Origin: Sminthopsis crassicaudata
Taxonomy: Eukaryota
Reading direction: 5' to 3'
Length of the DNA stretch: 64,000 nt
NCBI RefSeq assembly: GCF_048593235.1
Contig: NC_133619.1
Coordinates: 322,414,454 to 322,478,453 of the forward strand
Each line of letters begins with the position of its first letter. Position 1 is the first letter of the stretch. The notes under the pieces were generated by a model, which saw only the letters and a list, made by a program, of their open reading frames with translations, did no database searches and was not told the DNA's origin. This document shows positions 26,061 through 39,429 of the stretch, piece by piece. The position numbers were made by a program, and so were the translations under genes.

Positions 26061-26529
26061 TCTATATCCAGTACCTTTAGAACCAATCTGTCTCTTAAAG
26101 AAAAAAAAAGTAACAAAAAAGCTACAATGATAGGTTCTCTTTAGAGGTAGCAGCTGGATTTAAGAAGTTCTAATCAGGTCAGCAAATGCCAATGGACAAG
26201 ATTGGTTCAAAGTGAGAGGATATCTATCTGAGTTCCTCAATTAATTATAATTACAATTTTTAAAGTGTTCTGAAGTTTTGAAGAGTAAATTGTTCAATTA
26301 GGATGTATAAAATGCTATTTTCCTACTTATTTCATAGCTTTATATCTGTAACTTTTAGAGTTAGCACAGGATTTTGCACACAGTAAATGCAAGATACATA
26401 AATGTTGAACTGAATTTCATTTGGGAGCTGCAAAATGCACTCCACAGAGTTTTTAAAAGAAAATATATACACTAATGGATTTTTATTAATCTTAACTTTA
26501 TTTTTCAAAAGTTGCATATATAGTGTATC

Positions 26530-26930
26530 TTCAATTTAATTGTATTCAACAACCATTACACAGGTATCTGTTTTACAGTGTCTTAGAAGATAAAAATGGA
26601 GATCCTCAGATACAAAGGCAAAAATAAAATAGGCCTTACCTGCAAGGAGCTTGCACTATATTGAAAGGAAACAACATGAACATACAAATGTACAAAACAA
26701 ACACACAGAAATTTGAAGTGGAAGGCCACAAGGATTAGGAAAAGCTTCTCAAAGCAGGTGCTACCAGAACAGTAGCTTGAAAGAAGCTAAGGATTTCATG
26801 AGGTAGAAGTGAGGAGGGGAAGTATTCCAAGCCAAACAAATAAGTTTGTGTGAAGGAATGAGGATAGTAGATACAATTTCATTAATAGAGGAATGAGGGG
26901 AAGTCAGTTTGGTTGGATACTTGATGAGAA
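26530..26930 (-). mobile_element. L2 3' end
   Basis: ttcaacaaccatt...gatacaaaggcaaaa...ccttacctgcaaggagcttgcactata...ggaaaagcttc. Confidence 0.7.
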
Positions 26931-27904
26931 AACTAAGACATCAGGTATATATGAATTAACTAAATTCATTCAACTATTTATTATTAAGCCAGTAAAAGAA
27001 CCTGTCTTCTGATTGCTAATCAATGTTCACTCCATTACACCTCATTGTCCCTCTCTGTGTTATACTGATGCTCTCTCTTTTCTAGCAAACGTCTTCTGCT
27101 TATTGCAAAGTATCTCTACCCTTTTATAAGGAATGATATTAAAATGGGCAAACAAACAAATACTCTAATAACTTGGCTAACTGTTTATTGAAGAAATGCA
27201 GAATCATCATATGAAAAAGGGGACAAGCCAGATAAAAGGAAGAAAAAGACGGAAATGAAATTTTATAAGCAAATTTAGTCTCCTTTGATCTTTTGAGTTC
27301 AGTCATTAATGTTGTCCTGATGCAAGTGTATGGCCATTATGATTTGCTGTTCATATAAAAGTCTAGCTCTTCCAGTGACTATGCAGACAATGATTTGATA
27401 TTGTCCAAAACCATTGTTCCATCAGTCTTCAGAGGAAAAGAAGGGCTTGCTTGTTAAAAAGAAAGAAAAAATGTTTCTATAAGGCAAAACTGAACTGTGG
27501 TGCTCAGGTCAGTTTGTACTACACAGCCTGTTAAATAACCTTTCTGAACAATATCAGACTTCAAATGGGAATTCTTATCCCATCTCTGGCAAAGAAATGT
27601 TAAATATCTAAATTTTTTCCTTAAAAGTCCCAATTCCACCAATTTCTCTATTTATATGACTCATCTCCATCTCATGCTTTTGTATCCTCTATTAGTATTT
27701 ACTTAAATCCTGGTTCACAATGACAATAAATATTTGAATAGTACACATTAAAAAAACATATTATTAAAGAGATAGTTTGCAAGCCATTAGAAAGAGGACC
27801 ACTAATAACAAAAGTTAATATGACTTCAATAAGAACAATTCATGCCATACTAATCTTATTTCCTTTGGTGGTGTTATTATTAACAATGTAATTATAATGA
27901 TAGA

Positions 27905-29200
27905 GTAGGAACTACTATAGACCTAGTAAAGCTAGACTTCATCAAACTATTTGATGAGGTCTTTGATTCTGTTCTTATGGACAAGATATGGAGATGTAGA
28001 CTGAATATTTATGTGTAGTTAAATAGATTTCGAAATATACTAATGACTAGACCCAAATATTAGGTATAAATGATTGTATAAATGTCAGGATAGAGGGAGC
28101 CTTAAGCAGCTGTCATTTACCTTGTGCTGTTTCATATTTTTATGAAGTGATAGATGGCATGCTTGTCAACATTTGAAGCTTGGAGAGAGTTAATAAGTTG
28201 AGCATCAAAATATGGATTCAAAGAGATCCTGATAGACTAAAGTGATGGGTTAAATTGAATAAGATAAAATACAGTAGGCTTAGATGTAAAGTTCTACATG
28301 GGTTCAAAAAATCAACTTCAGAAGAACAGAACTTGAAAAGATGGAATTAAGGCAACAAGCAGAATGGGGACAAAGAAAATGATTTCATTGTATAGGGAGC
28401 CCTCAATGAAAAATCCTCTGCCGTGCATGTCAGCATCATTTCTGTAATTTTTAATTTTTAGAGAGTTTCCTAGATCACTGGAAGGTTAAGTGATAGCATC
28501 ATACATCAAAACTCATTTCTAGATCCTCCTGACTTTGTTTATTAGTCTATTCAACATATCAGGCTGACTCAGGCAACAATAATTATTATTAGGAAAATCT
28601 GAAATTCTTATAAAACTATGTGAAACAGTAGTTTGACCTAATGTGTAAAAGAGGTTAAAGATTATGTCAGTAAAAGAAGGTAGTCTTCAGAAAGGGAAAG
28701 ATAATAGTTTCATTACACTCTACCATGTTCAGGCCACAACTGGAATAAAATTTTCCATTCTGACTCACCACTTTTTAAGAAAATATATATAAAATCTGAA
28801 GATAGTGACGTGGTCATTGATAAGACTGGAGATTATAGGAACATTCAAAAGGGATTGGTGTAGGCTTTGGGAGAACAGATAAGTTAAATTTAATATTTAT
28901 AGGTTGTTTGTTATATTGAAGAAAGATTAGATTATTTTCTATTTGGTCTCAAATGAAAGAACGATGAACAATGAGAGAAAAGTGAAGAGAAAGTCTAATG
29001 TAAGAAAAAAACAAAACAAAACAAATTCCTCATAGTTATATAAAAAATGGAATACATTCACTCAGGGGGTACTGGGTTCTCTTTCTTTAAAGATCTTCAA
29101 AGGGATGTTGAGTATCCATTTGAAGATGGTATAAAAAGGAATCTTGAAAATATTTAACCAAATTGCCACTAAGACTACTTTCCCTTTCTAGATTCTTGTG
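27905..29200 (+). mobile_element. L3/CR1 3' region, interrupted by a MIR at about 28440-28560
   Basis: CR1 RT-like segments (ctagacttcatcaaactatttgat; gattcaaagagatcctgatagact; gatgtaaagttctaca; aggccacaactggaata) and a CR1 tail. Confidence 0.75.
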
Positions 29201-29969
29201 ATACTTTGAAGTTGGATCTGCCCCCATGCCTAACAAAGTGTCATACACCTAGTAGACACCAAAATCTTCTTTAAATTTGAGCAAGTATCAGTAGTTTTCC
29301 CTTGGTATGCAATGATGATTAAGGTGCATGGTAATTATACATTCCTGACAATACTCTCTCGCCAGAGGCTCTTTAGGGAACAAAGGCACTATGACTGAAG
29401 CAGTGAGAGTTGAACTTGTTCTCAATGATAATTTATCTTCTGATATCAGTGAGTTGCTACAGGGTATTAAAGTATTTTGTTTCATCTAAAATAAGGCCAT
29501 ATCAATATTATTCTATCAGTACAGCTGTCTTTGGTTGATTGTACTGTTATTCTTAATAAAAAAAAAAAAAGACCAATTCACTTATAATTTAAAATGTATT
29601 TCATAAAAACACCAAAAGAGCATTTAAAGTCACATAGTCTAGGTTCAAATCCTTCTTTCCTACTTAATATGACCTCAGATGAGCTGCTTTATTCTTCTGG
29701 CTTTCAGTTTTCTCATCTGTTAATGAAGAGCTGGACTAGGGAATGTGTAAAAGCTTTTGCTTGGTTATGCTTTGTTGTGAAGAATTGTTATTATTACACT
29801 TACTGCAAAGGTAGACTGCCACTTTTATACTTTCAAATATGCAGCTTATTAATATTAACCACAAATGTTAAGATTATCTATCATGTGTTTGTATGTGGTA
29901 TTGGGGAATGAGTAGCTAAGTTAATACTTAGATTTCACTAACAAATCAATAAGCATTTGTTATTATTTT

Positions 29970-30430
29970 TATTATTGGTATATATGGAAATTGTGATATT
30001 TAAATGTAATTAAATGTAACTCTGCTATTAGAAGCAATGAATATGAAGAATACAAAGACACACATATGAACTAATGCAGTGTGAAAGAACCTAAACTAAA
30101 AAAAAATATATCAAAAATATTTGCAATAATATGAATGGAAAGAAAACTAAAATTTAAAATGTATGTTTTGGAATTATAATAACCAAATTTCTACTCAAAG
30201 AAGAATTATGTGAACATATCTCCCTGTCTTCTTTGCAGAGATTACAGGTATTGGACACTGACTATTACATTAAACTTTATTGATGGGTCAATTAGATTGG
30301 TTGAACATTTGTCCCTCTTTTTTTTTTATTCTTTGTTATACAGAAAAGTTCTCTGGGAAGGGGGGCAAGGTGATAATATACCGGAAAGTTACAGTGATAA
30401 TAAAAACCAAAAGATGTTATTAAATTTTTT
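29970..30430 (+). mobile_element. Old L1 3'UTR
   Basis: ggtatatatggaa...ctgctattagaagcaatgaatatgaagaatacaa...gaactaatgcagtgtgaa. Similar to 53020-53545 and 61320-61640. Confidence 0.65.
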
Positions 30431-30444
30431 TGACTTTCTATTAT

Positions 30445-31400
30445 AGGGAGCCAAGATGGTGAAGTGATGGTAAACAGTTTTTTCCAACCATCCCTCTAAT
30501 CAATTCTGTAAAGAATGACAAATAGAATTCTCAGCTGGAAAACAAACAAAAAGCCATTCTGAGTCATTTTTCCAACTCAGGGTAGATTGGAGAAAGAGAG
30601 GTCTGTACATACTGAATTAGGGATTAGCTGTGTATGATGGGTGGAAGCAGCCAAACTCTAGGGCCTGGAGGCTGTGCTGGTGGCAACAGTAATAGTGCAA
30701 AAGTGCCTAGTATCCCCAGTAAAGGGACTGAACACCTAGTCAGAAAGGGATTCTAGGGGTTATCTTGCTAGCTCTGTGCTCAGGTTTGAGTGCCACATGG
30801 CAACTCCCATTATCCAGTTCTGAGTCACAGTTCTAGATTGGTTGTGATCACAAGGGAGTATGGACCCTACCTGGATAAGAACAAAAGCATAGACCAGGAA
30901 GGCAGTAACCAGAAATCTCTCAATATCATACCACCTTGGAAGCATTGCAAACTTACAGGAAACCTGATGTATTTCTGAAAGCAAAAGGACATAAAAGTTA
31001 CAAGATTAAACCAGACATATGCCCCGCTTCTAGAGGTGAGCAGAACACATAAGAAAAGTGGAAAGAACAAGGAAAAATAAAGAAAATTATCTCACATACA
31101 AGAGACATGCAAAAAAAAAAAAAAAAAAAAGGTTTTTTTTACAATGGAGAATAAAATTGAGTGTGTCTGTGGGGAGTGGGAAATGCTTGAACCTTATTTT
31201 TACCTGAACTAGTTCAAAGGAGGAAAATATATATGTTGATCACATAGTGTTAGGTATGAAAGTTCATCTTGCCTAAGAGGGAAATAGGAGGGGACAGAGC
31301 TATGAGAAATGGGAGGATTGATAAAAAGAAGAGTAGATGAAGGGAGGCAGAAACAAATAGTCTTTTGGGAAGGAGACAGAAGAAAAAGAAGTCATTAAAC
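30445..31400 (+). mobile_element. L1/HAL1 5' region remnant
   Basis: Starts ggagccaagatgg, a typical L1 5' end, and its 5'UTR resembles 47255 onward. The segment at 31140-31400 resembles 49450-49780. Confidence 0.6.
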
Positions 31401-33636
31401 TAGATATTTGATTGAGATGTAAAGATAGAAATGAGACAATCTTTCTCCTCAAGAAGCTTATATTCAACAGAACTTTAGCACTAACTTTAGAACTAATTGG
31501 AAAACTAAAGGGAATCTTCCCATGGAATTCTTGTTCAATCTCAGTGAACCCAGTTCAATTCAAACTCCCTAGAAATTGTTTAAGTAAACTGTAATCCTGG
31601 GGGGTTGGGGGTATCAAGGTTATATCATAAATTCTTACTTAAGTGGCTAAAGGGTAACAGAGCCTTTGGAACAAATCTGAACTTTGACATGGTGAGAGTT
31701 AAGGGATATCTCATGGCCATAGACCTCTTCCAGTCCAAAGCTTGGTGGCAGGAGTTAAAGTTTTGTGTTTTGAACTTGACATTTCTAAGGAATAACAGGG
31801 AGAATGTTTCAGAATACAGATTATTTGGGGAAATGTTGGTGTTGATGAGATCATCATAGCAAATCATTATTAGCTTTCAAAATGAAAAACAAAGGGCTTA
31901 TCTAGTCCAGAATATAGCCCTCAAATAAAGAAGGGATTATAAACATCATACAAATGAGGGAAGAAAGACTTACATAATACATTTAATTGAAACAGGATTA
32001 TAACTCAGGTCTTTCCACTTATATCATGGTATGCTAAGATAAGTTTGAGAAGCAAGGAAGAATATTCTGCAAGTCTCGACTTCTAGATGTCTACATCTAG
32101 TTAGTTCTCCAGTCCTCAAACTTAACACTAATGTTACCTTGAGATTAAACTACAGTGATCAGATATTATTAAAATTTCAATTAAAATTAAAATTGAGCAA
32201 AGAGATTTATTGCTTCTAAGTAAATTGCAGGTCTCTCCTTGGTTATTTGATTCAGTTCAACAGATGTTCATTAAGCTTCCATGGTGAGCAGGGCACTGTG
32301 TAAGGCTTGAAGGTAGATGCAAAGTGTAGATATGATATGAAGCATTTTGTTAATAATAGTCCATTCTCAATGGTGGATTATCCAGAGCAAATCTTACTTG
32401 GTTCTTATTGACCTTATCACTTACTTTGTTGACTGAAACTTCTTTGTTGTATTTGAAGTATCTTGATTTCCTATTACATTCTTCCACAGACCAATATGAA
32501 TTGAAGGAGAAAGTTTTAAGCTACAGCATTTAGGCAACACTTTCCATCAGTTATTGTAAAATAGCAAAAAAGATAAAAGAGGCTTTGGAGTGAATAGAAA
32601 ATAGCCCTGCTAAGACTAGCTTTATTATGAATCAGACTCAGTGGTGAGACAGAATATATTGGGAAATGATTGGAGAGGAAATCTAAATTTGTGAACTTAT
32701 AGAAAAAGTCTTAGTAGCTCCAGGATAAAGAAGCAAGAAGATAATTACAGACCCATCCTATTGATTTATCTGAGAGCTGTTGCTGTCATTCCTTGGCATG
32801 AAGTGTGAAACATGGAAGAATTGAGCATGGGTCAAAAATAGCTTCTTGACCTCTCCATAGTCAAGCCTTGAATAATGTGATTTAATTAGCTGGTTAAAAA
32901 GCATTGAGAATTTCCAATATGATTGCCATTCTTGATTCCAGGCCATAAAGATCATTCCAAAGACAAGAATTTTACTTGATATGAATCTCCTCTCTTTAGT
33001 TTAATGTTTGTTTTTTCCAATCTTTCTTATTCTTAAGACCCTACACAAGATCTCCCTACCTTCCTATCAGATACTTAAGGACTTGTAATTTCAGTAAAAA
33101 TGTTCAGGACTTGATCCATTGGGTGCCATTATTTTGGAAAGTAAGAAAATGAGGCAGAGAAGGTGACTGAGAGTAATCAAAAAGAAGCACTTGATTGGAA
33201 CTTGCTTTCAAAGCTCTCTCCTTCCACACACATCTGACCTTGGTTTGAAATTCAACACAATGATGATCATGATAGCAATGATTATTATGATGATATACTT
33301 ATAGAGACTTAAGATTCACAAGATATTTTTTCATAATACAAAACTTTTCATTATTCCTTGTAGACCTCCTATAGCAAATCAAACACTGAGTCACTATCCT
33401 TTCACAACTCATCATGTTACAATACAAAAAACAATTAAATGAGCTCGAGTCCCAACTCTTCAAGTGTCCTCATCTAGTCATCCTTGATCAAGAATTGTGA
33501 GAATCAAATTAGACAATCTGCAACTTGCTTAATAAACTTAGGCTATGCATCTATGCATGAGCTATAAATTGATCTCAAAGTGAAAAAAAAAAGTTATGTA
33601 GACCAATGTAATAGAGAAGTGATTCTTCTATTTATA

Positions 33637-33640
<4 letters not shown>

Positions 33641-33675
<35 letters not shown>
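33641..33675. repeat. (TG)17 microsatellite
   Basis: Seen directly. Confidence 0.97.
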
Positions 33676-33678
<3 letters not shown>

Positions 33679-34675
33679 GAAATTTCACTAGTTTCCTGAG
33701 CTCCCCTTTATGAACCTCTATGAGTATGGGTTAGTACTTCTCTGTAGCATATAATATTATAAAGTGACCTGTTATAATAAATGGTTAAATGATCTGTACC
33801 AGTAGAAACAGGATTTGAACCCAGGACTTCCTTACTCTAAGGCCAGCTTTTTATCATTATACCAGTCCCTCAACTCCCCCCATTCCCATCTCTCTCTGTA
33901 TCATTTACTTTTTCTCTGACTCTACATACCTCTCCATGTCTCTCTTTGTCTTAGTTTGTCTCTCTATTTCTATCTCTCTCTCTCTCTTTTTTTCTTTACA
34001 AATACCAGTGGTTCTTTGATCATCTGAAACATTGCCTTGCTTTGTTTTAGCAGAAACACTTGAGCATTGCATGCTACAGCACAGCAGTAACAGTCCAAGT
34101 AACAATGCTAGCATCAGCAGGAGCAGACTTAAGCTATACGTACCCAAATAAGACTTTTAAAAAATGAGATTCTTTGGAAAATCTGGAAAGAGGCAAAAAG
34201 TAGGCTGGGACTTGGAAAAGAAATAGTCATCTATTTTATATATGGGATAGTTTGAATATGTGAGGGTTTTGGATATCAGATACTTTTCTCCATTTAACTG
34301 TTTAAACTGCTGTGGATGTGTTTATTGGCTTTAAAGGATAACATTGTTTTGGACAGCCTGTTGTGTGTCTGGTACTGGCACAGACTTATCCCTTGGACTT
34401 TCTTGTACCAGATTATACTGACATGATCTGCCAAATCTTCCATATAGACAGATACAGCAACATTACCATGAAGAAACAACAACAAAATACAAAGAAAAAC
34501 ATTAAAAAAGCTTTTAAGACACAGAGACTTTTTTAGTAACAGTAATAACAGCATCAGAGAAGTCAAAATGGACATGATAAAATTAAAAAGTGAGAGGACA
34601 AGGAAGGACAGGCATTGGATGGTCTGTAAGATATTTTCCACTTTTCCACTGAAAGGGAGAGGGAAAAAAGCGGAG

Positions 34676-34812
34676 AAAGAGAGAGAGTCAGAGACAGAGA
34701 CAGAGAGACAGAGACACACAGAGACACAGACACAGACACAGATACAGAGACACAGAGGCACAGACTCAGAGACACAGAGACAGACAAAGGGAAGGAGGAA
34801 GGAGAGGGAGAG
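34676..34812. repeat. Degenerate GA/CA compound microsatellite
   Basis: gagagagagtcagagacagagacagag...cacagacacag. It accounts for the low-complexity ORFs at 34294-34822. Confidence 0.9.
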
Positions 34813-35589
34813 AATTACATGAAAACAAAACTATTTGGAAGGCTTCAACCAGAAAAAAAATAGATTTGAATGAAAGAGGAGTTATCTTATAATCAGACTC
34901 AATTATGGAGACAAAAGGATAAAAAAAAAGATATGTCCATGATGATACTTTGGTATGCTTCTGATTCCTACTTACAGGAGATATTATTTGAAATTTCTAC
35001 AGTATACTCAAGTTCTTATAAAATATAAAGCCCTAAAATATTGTACTTTTTTTGTAGATCAAAGATGCTCCGCAGATGTCCAGGTTAGGGATCCATGGCA
35101 CCATTATACAGTAAACTCACTCTACCCAGCTAGTTCTTCTAACTCTTTCTTCTTCCTCTCTAGATAAGACCAGAGATGAAGGTTATTCTACTCCCCCATG
35201 AAGCAGTATGGGGAAGAAGAAACTTTCTATAATCTTTGAGGATGGCAGGCATAGTTCTATCATGAATAAAATAGTATCCATCCCTGACCTTGCACATGTT
35301 TATGAAAAGATGGGGTAGGAGTATCAATTAAAGGAAGTAGAGGGTTTTTTTATTATTAAGACTAAAAATAAATACCCAATCTTTTACTTCTTTTTTACAC
35401 TGTTTTCTATATGAGGAATACTTTAAAGTTTGTTGACAAAGGAGAGATATGATTAATGATATCAAATACTCAAAGGGTTATCATTTATAATAGTAACTAC
35501 CCTTCTTTTGCTTAGGCTAATATTAGGTGATACAATATCAGGGTCAATGGATGAAAAGTAAAGGCAATCAGATTTTAGTTCAATTAGAC

Positions 35590-36860
35590 CAATTAATTAA
35601 CCCAGAATTTTTATTAAATACCTGCTATTACCTGGCACCTCCCTAGGTATTATAGATACAAATGTAAAGAACTAGACAGGCCTTAATTGTAAGAAGCTCA
35701 CACTCTAAAAGAGATACATACTTTTGTATGTATATGAAAAATAAATATAAAATTAATAAATAGTTTTTATTAGTTTTATTAGTTAAATATAAACTAGTTT
35801 GGTAGGAATAAGGATCAGCAAGGATTACGTTCCTTTAAGCTGCATCTTGAAGGAAGAAATACATTTAATTAGGCAGAAATGAAGAGGCTATGAATGGGAT
35901 ATGATCAAAGACAGAGATGGGAGGTGGAAGATCTTGTGAAGAATTAGGGAAAAGGCCATTTGGATATATCATAGAGTGTAAGAAGGAGAGTAGTACCCAC
36001 TGGAAAGATAGGTTGGAGTCAGGTTTAAAAGGGCTTTAAAAGCTAAACATAGAAGTTTATATTTCAGCCCAGAATCAGTTGGGAGCCACTAGAGTTGATT
36101 AAGTAGGGAAGTGACATGTTCAGATCTGTGCTTAAGGAAAATTACTCTGGCAGAGAATGAAGGAGTAGGGAGAGACTTGAGACATGAAGATTAATTTAAG
36201 AGGCTGTTGAAATAATCCATGGAAGAGGTAATGAGGACCATCTGAAGTAACGTGGGAGCTTAAGTAAGAAGGGAAGAGAAAAGGGAGACAAGACATGCTA
36301 TAATGATGACAGCAGTAGGATTTGGTGACTGAGTGGAAATATGGGATAAGGGAATGTGAGGAGTTGTGATGAAAAACTGTGAGATTGATATATGAGAGTC
36401 TTTTACTGAAATTGGGAAATGTGAAAGGTGAATAAGCTTGTCAGGAAAATAATGAGTTATTTTGGACACATTATGTTTAAATATGTTCAGATCTTTGAGC
36501 TTTAAATGTCTAATTTCAGTCAATAATATATCAATTGGTGATATGAGTATTAAAGCTCAGGAGAGAGACTAGAGCCAGATGTGTAAATCTAGAAGTCATT
36601 AGGATAGAGGTGATATTTTAACCTGTGGGAGCTGAAGTCATCTTCATAGAGATGATAGTTAAAATTGTGGGAGCTGAGGGAGTTACCTAAGGAGTACAGA
36701 TGGAGATGAAGGCTTAGGATAGGCTGAGGAACACCTAATTTTGAGGTATAGTATAGATGAGGAGACAGCAAAGGAGATGGAACAAGAGTGGTCAGAGGAG
36801 GAGAGCCCAGAATATTAAGAAACCATGGCTAGAGGTCAATGGGTGGGATCAGCTGCAAAG
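35590..36860 (-). mobile_element. L2, about 1.3 kb
   Basis: Reverse L2 tail (tttattaaatacctgctattacctggcac) continuing through the typical purine-rich reverse L2 body (agggctttaaaagcta...gccactagagttgattaagtaggg...gaagtcatt). Confidence 0.85.
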
Positions 36861-37603
36861 GAAATCAACCATCCTATCTTCCTACATGATTCTTGCTAAC
36901 TACAAGTGAAGTTTGGTTGTCTTTATGAGTAGAAAGAGTGTTAAAATTATCTTCTAAATTTTAATATTCTGAAAAAAATCTGTTTTTTTTTCTGTCCTAG
37001 GTATAGCTTTCTTGAAAGATATCTTCCAACTCTAACATTTTATGACAAAGGGAGATGATAAATCAAGACATAATTGCATCTTTTTGTTGTCAGTGTGGTC
37101 CTTCTGTAATCCTGACCTTCATTGATTTCTTGATGAATTATTTTAATATATTCTCAAAGATACAAATATATTTCTAATTATTTCCATCATTAAAGGCAAA
37201 TTTGATTCATTTATACTTACTCACTTATTGCTTCTAAGTCATGTCTTTTCTTAGTCTTAGTGGCTCCTCAGTCATTATAGAAGGATTTTGCTCCCTCTGT
37301 TGAACATTCACTGAATGATGACTTACCATCCTGGAGAAAACCCTGCCCTGAGGCCTTGATCTGTTCATTGGTGATTGATTTAGGGGCTTGGATCACTATT
37401 TCAAGAGGGGCCCCAAGCATGCTCTATTTCCCTTATGACTAGATTTTTTCTTTTTCTTCCTTTCTACTTCTATAATATACATACATATAAAACATACATA
37501 TATATATGTATGTGTGTATGTGTGTATTTATGTAGATATACACACATGCATAGTTTTACTTGATTTGAAAACAGAGACTGTCTTCTGATTATATCCTGTG
37601 GCA

Positions 37604-37860
37604 GAGGCAGCTGGGAGGTACTGTGGATGGAGCACAGTGCCTATAACCCCAAATGCAAATTTGACCTTAAGCATTACTAACTATGTGACTTTGGGCTAGT
37701 TAATCCCTGTTGGTCTGTTTCTTGGACTATAAAATAGAAGTAATAAAGACAGGGTTGTTTTGATGATGAAAGGAGTTAAAATTTCACATAGTAGGAGTAA
37801 ATGTGATAATATTTAGTACCATGCTTGGAACATGGTAGGTGTTATATAAATGTTTATTTC
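37604..37860 (+). mobile_element. Marsupial CORE-SINE with L2-type tail
   Basis: ggcagctgggaggtactgtggatggagca head, CORE, and tail tagtaccatgcttggaacatggtaggtgttatataaatg. Confidence 0.7.
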
Positions 37861-39429
37861 CTCCTTCTTCTCTTTCTTGAATACTTAACACAGTTCCTGG
37901 CACATAGTGACTATTTAATAAATGAACACCTACCATCTTTCCATCAAAGAACAATTACAAAATACTTTGTACATACATACTCATACACATTTATATTTAG
38001 CAATTTTCTCAAACCAGTATCTCCATATGGGAAGGGAATGACTTGTACCTGATTCAATAAAACTTTTGTGAAGATCACACCTAGCAACCTAATGTAAGAG
38101 ATTGAATTAGAACTCACACCCACGGAATAAGCTTCCAGGTTGTTGCTTAGTCCACTAATTGTCACTGTCTTTGAGTCAGTCTATATTAATATAGACTGAG
38201 AAACACAGATTGCCTGAACATATGGCAGAGAAGATGAGAAGATAATATTCTGTGGCAGGATATGTTTCTATGGAGGGGCAGATGTAAAGGCTGCTCCTCT
38301 ATAAAGGATTCATCAAGTGCAGCATTAACCACTTTCCTTATTTAGGTCTCCATATGATTTTCCTCCTTGAACAAGATCAGTTTAAGAGGGAGCAGATTGC
38401 CAGAAGGGGCAAGAGTATATCGTTTTCCTCAACTAAGCTGTGCCCTCTCAAATCCAATTCGACTTTTTCTTCTCAGAGTTGGAGCTAGGTTAGGGCAATG
38501 GAATTTTGCCCCAGGGCACCAACATTTAGAGGGTGCTGATAAAGATTGCATTTCAATTTACAGAAATGATACAACTAAGCAGCCCTCTAATAAGAGTAAT
38601 TAGTTAATAGGTTAAGCTAACAAATGTTATACTTCTTTTCCCTTGTCTGACATGTCTCCATGTGAGCTCCTCCCTGATGTGGTCCTGTCTTGCTGTGGTA
38701 ATATCCTTCCCAAGCCTTTAAATGCTGATTGATATTTTCCCCAGAAGTGGACTTTTTATCCTGAGGATGACAAGCTCTCCCTGAAATCTTTTCAGCTACC
38801 CCCAAAACTGAATTTGCCTGAGTTGAACTGCGGGAATTAAAGGTGTTCTTTAGGGCTCAATTTTTTTTTAAACTTATCTGGATCTACTCATTCTCTAAAT
38901 CAATGATCTGTAACACTTCGAATACACTATCCCTCATATTGTAGTTTAAAGCCCCCACACATAGCTGCCAATCCTTAACTGTAAGTCTTGCTTCCCAGAT
39001 ATGCCTGCTATTCCAGTCCTTTTCTTCCCTTTTGCCAAAGCATGATCGATACCACTTGCTGCCTGCACATCCTGGGCATTTTTCCAGCCAGTCCAGAACT
39101 GACATTTTTATTTTTGCAGGAGAAATATTTCACAGCTTTCTAGTCTTGATCTTTACTCCCCTTCCCACCCCCATACTATTCAGAGGTAGTAGGGTATAGC
39201 CTATTTCTAGCTCATGACTGGTAGTACTTGCCTTTCACCATCTTAAAGCCTGGTATTTTAGAAGGATGCTACCAAAAGGGGGAGGAGTTAGAAAACTATT
39301 AATGCAGGTTTTCATCAGCTATTGTAATGCTGCTGGAATACCCTGAAAGCATCTGTTAATAAAAAGCATAAGAAAAAGAAATCATTAAAAAGAAAACCTT
39401 CCCTTCATGTTGAGATTTTTTTTTTAATC

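Noticed and set aside
33905-34147. ORF resembling a signal peptide (SLSLLLLMLALLLGLLLLCC)
   Set aside because: It starts at TTG, the hydrophobicity comes from TGC/CTG-rich sequence, and the C-terminus is a GA microsatellite read-through.
34294-34822. Overlapping ORFs of 74-155 aa
   Set aside because: Most of their length is generated by the GA/CA compound repeat.
36981-37006. AG|GT recursive-splice-like motif on plus (tttttttttctgtcctag|gtatag), and a similar one on minus at 46930-46933
   Set aside because: The plus one has a weak regenerated donor and the minus one a weak pyrimidine tract. It cannot be supported without saw-tooth nascent RNA data.
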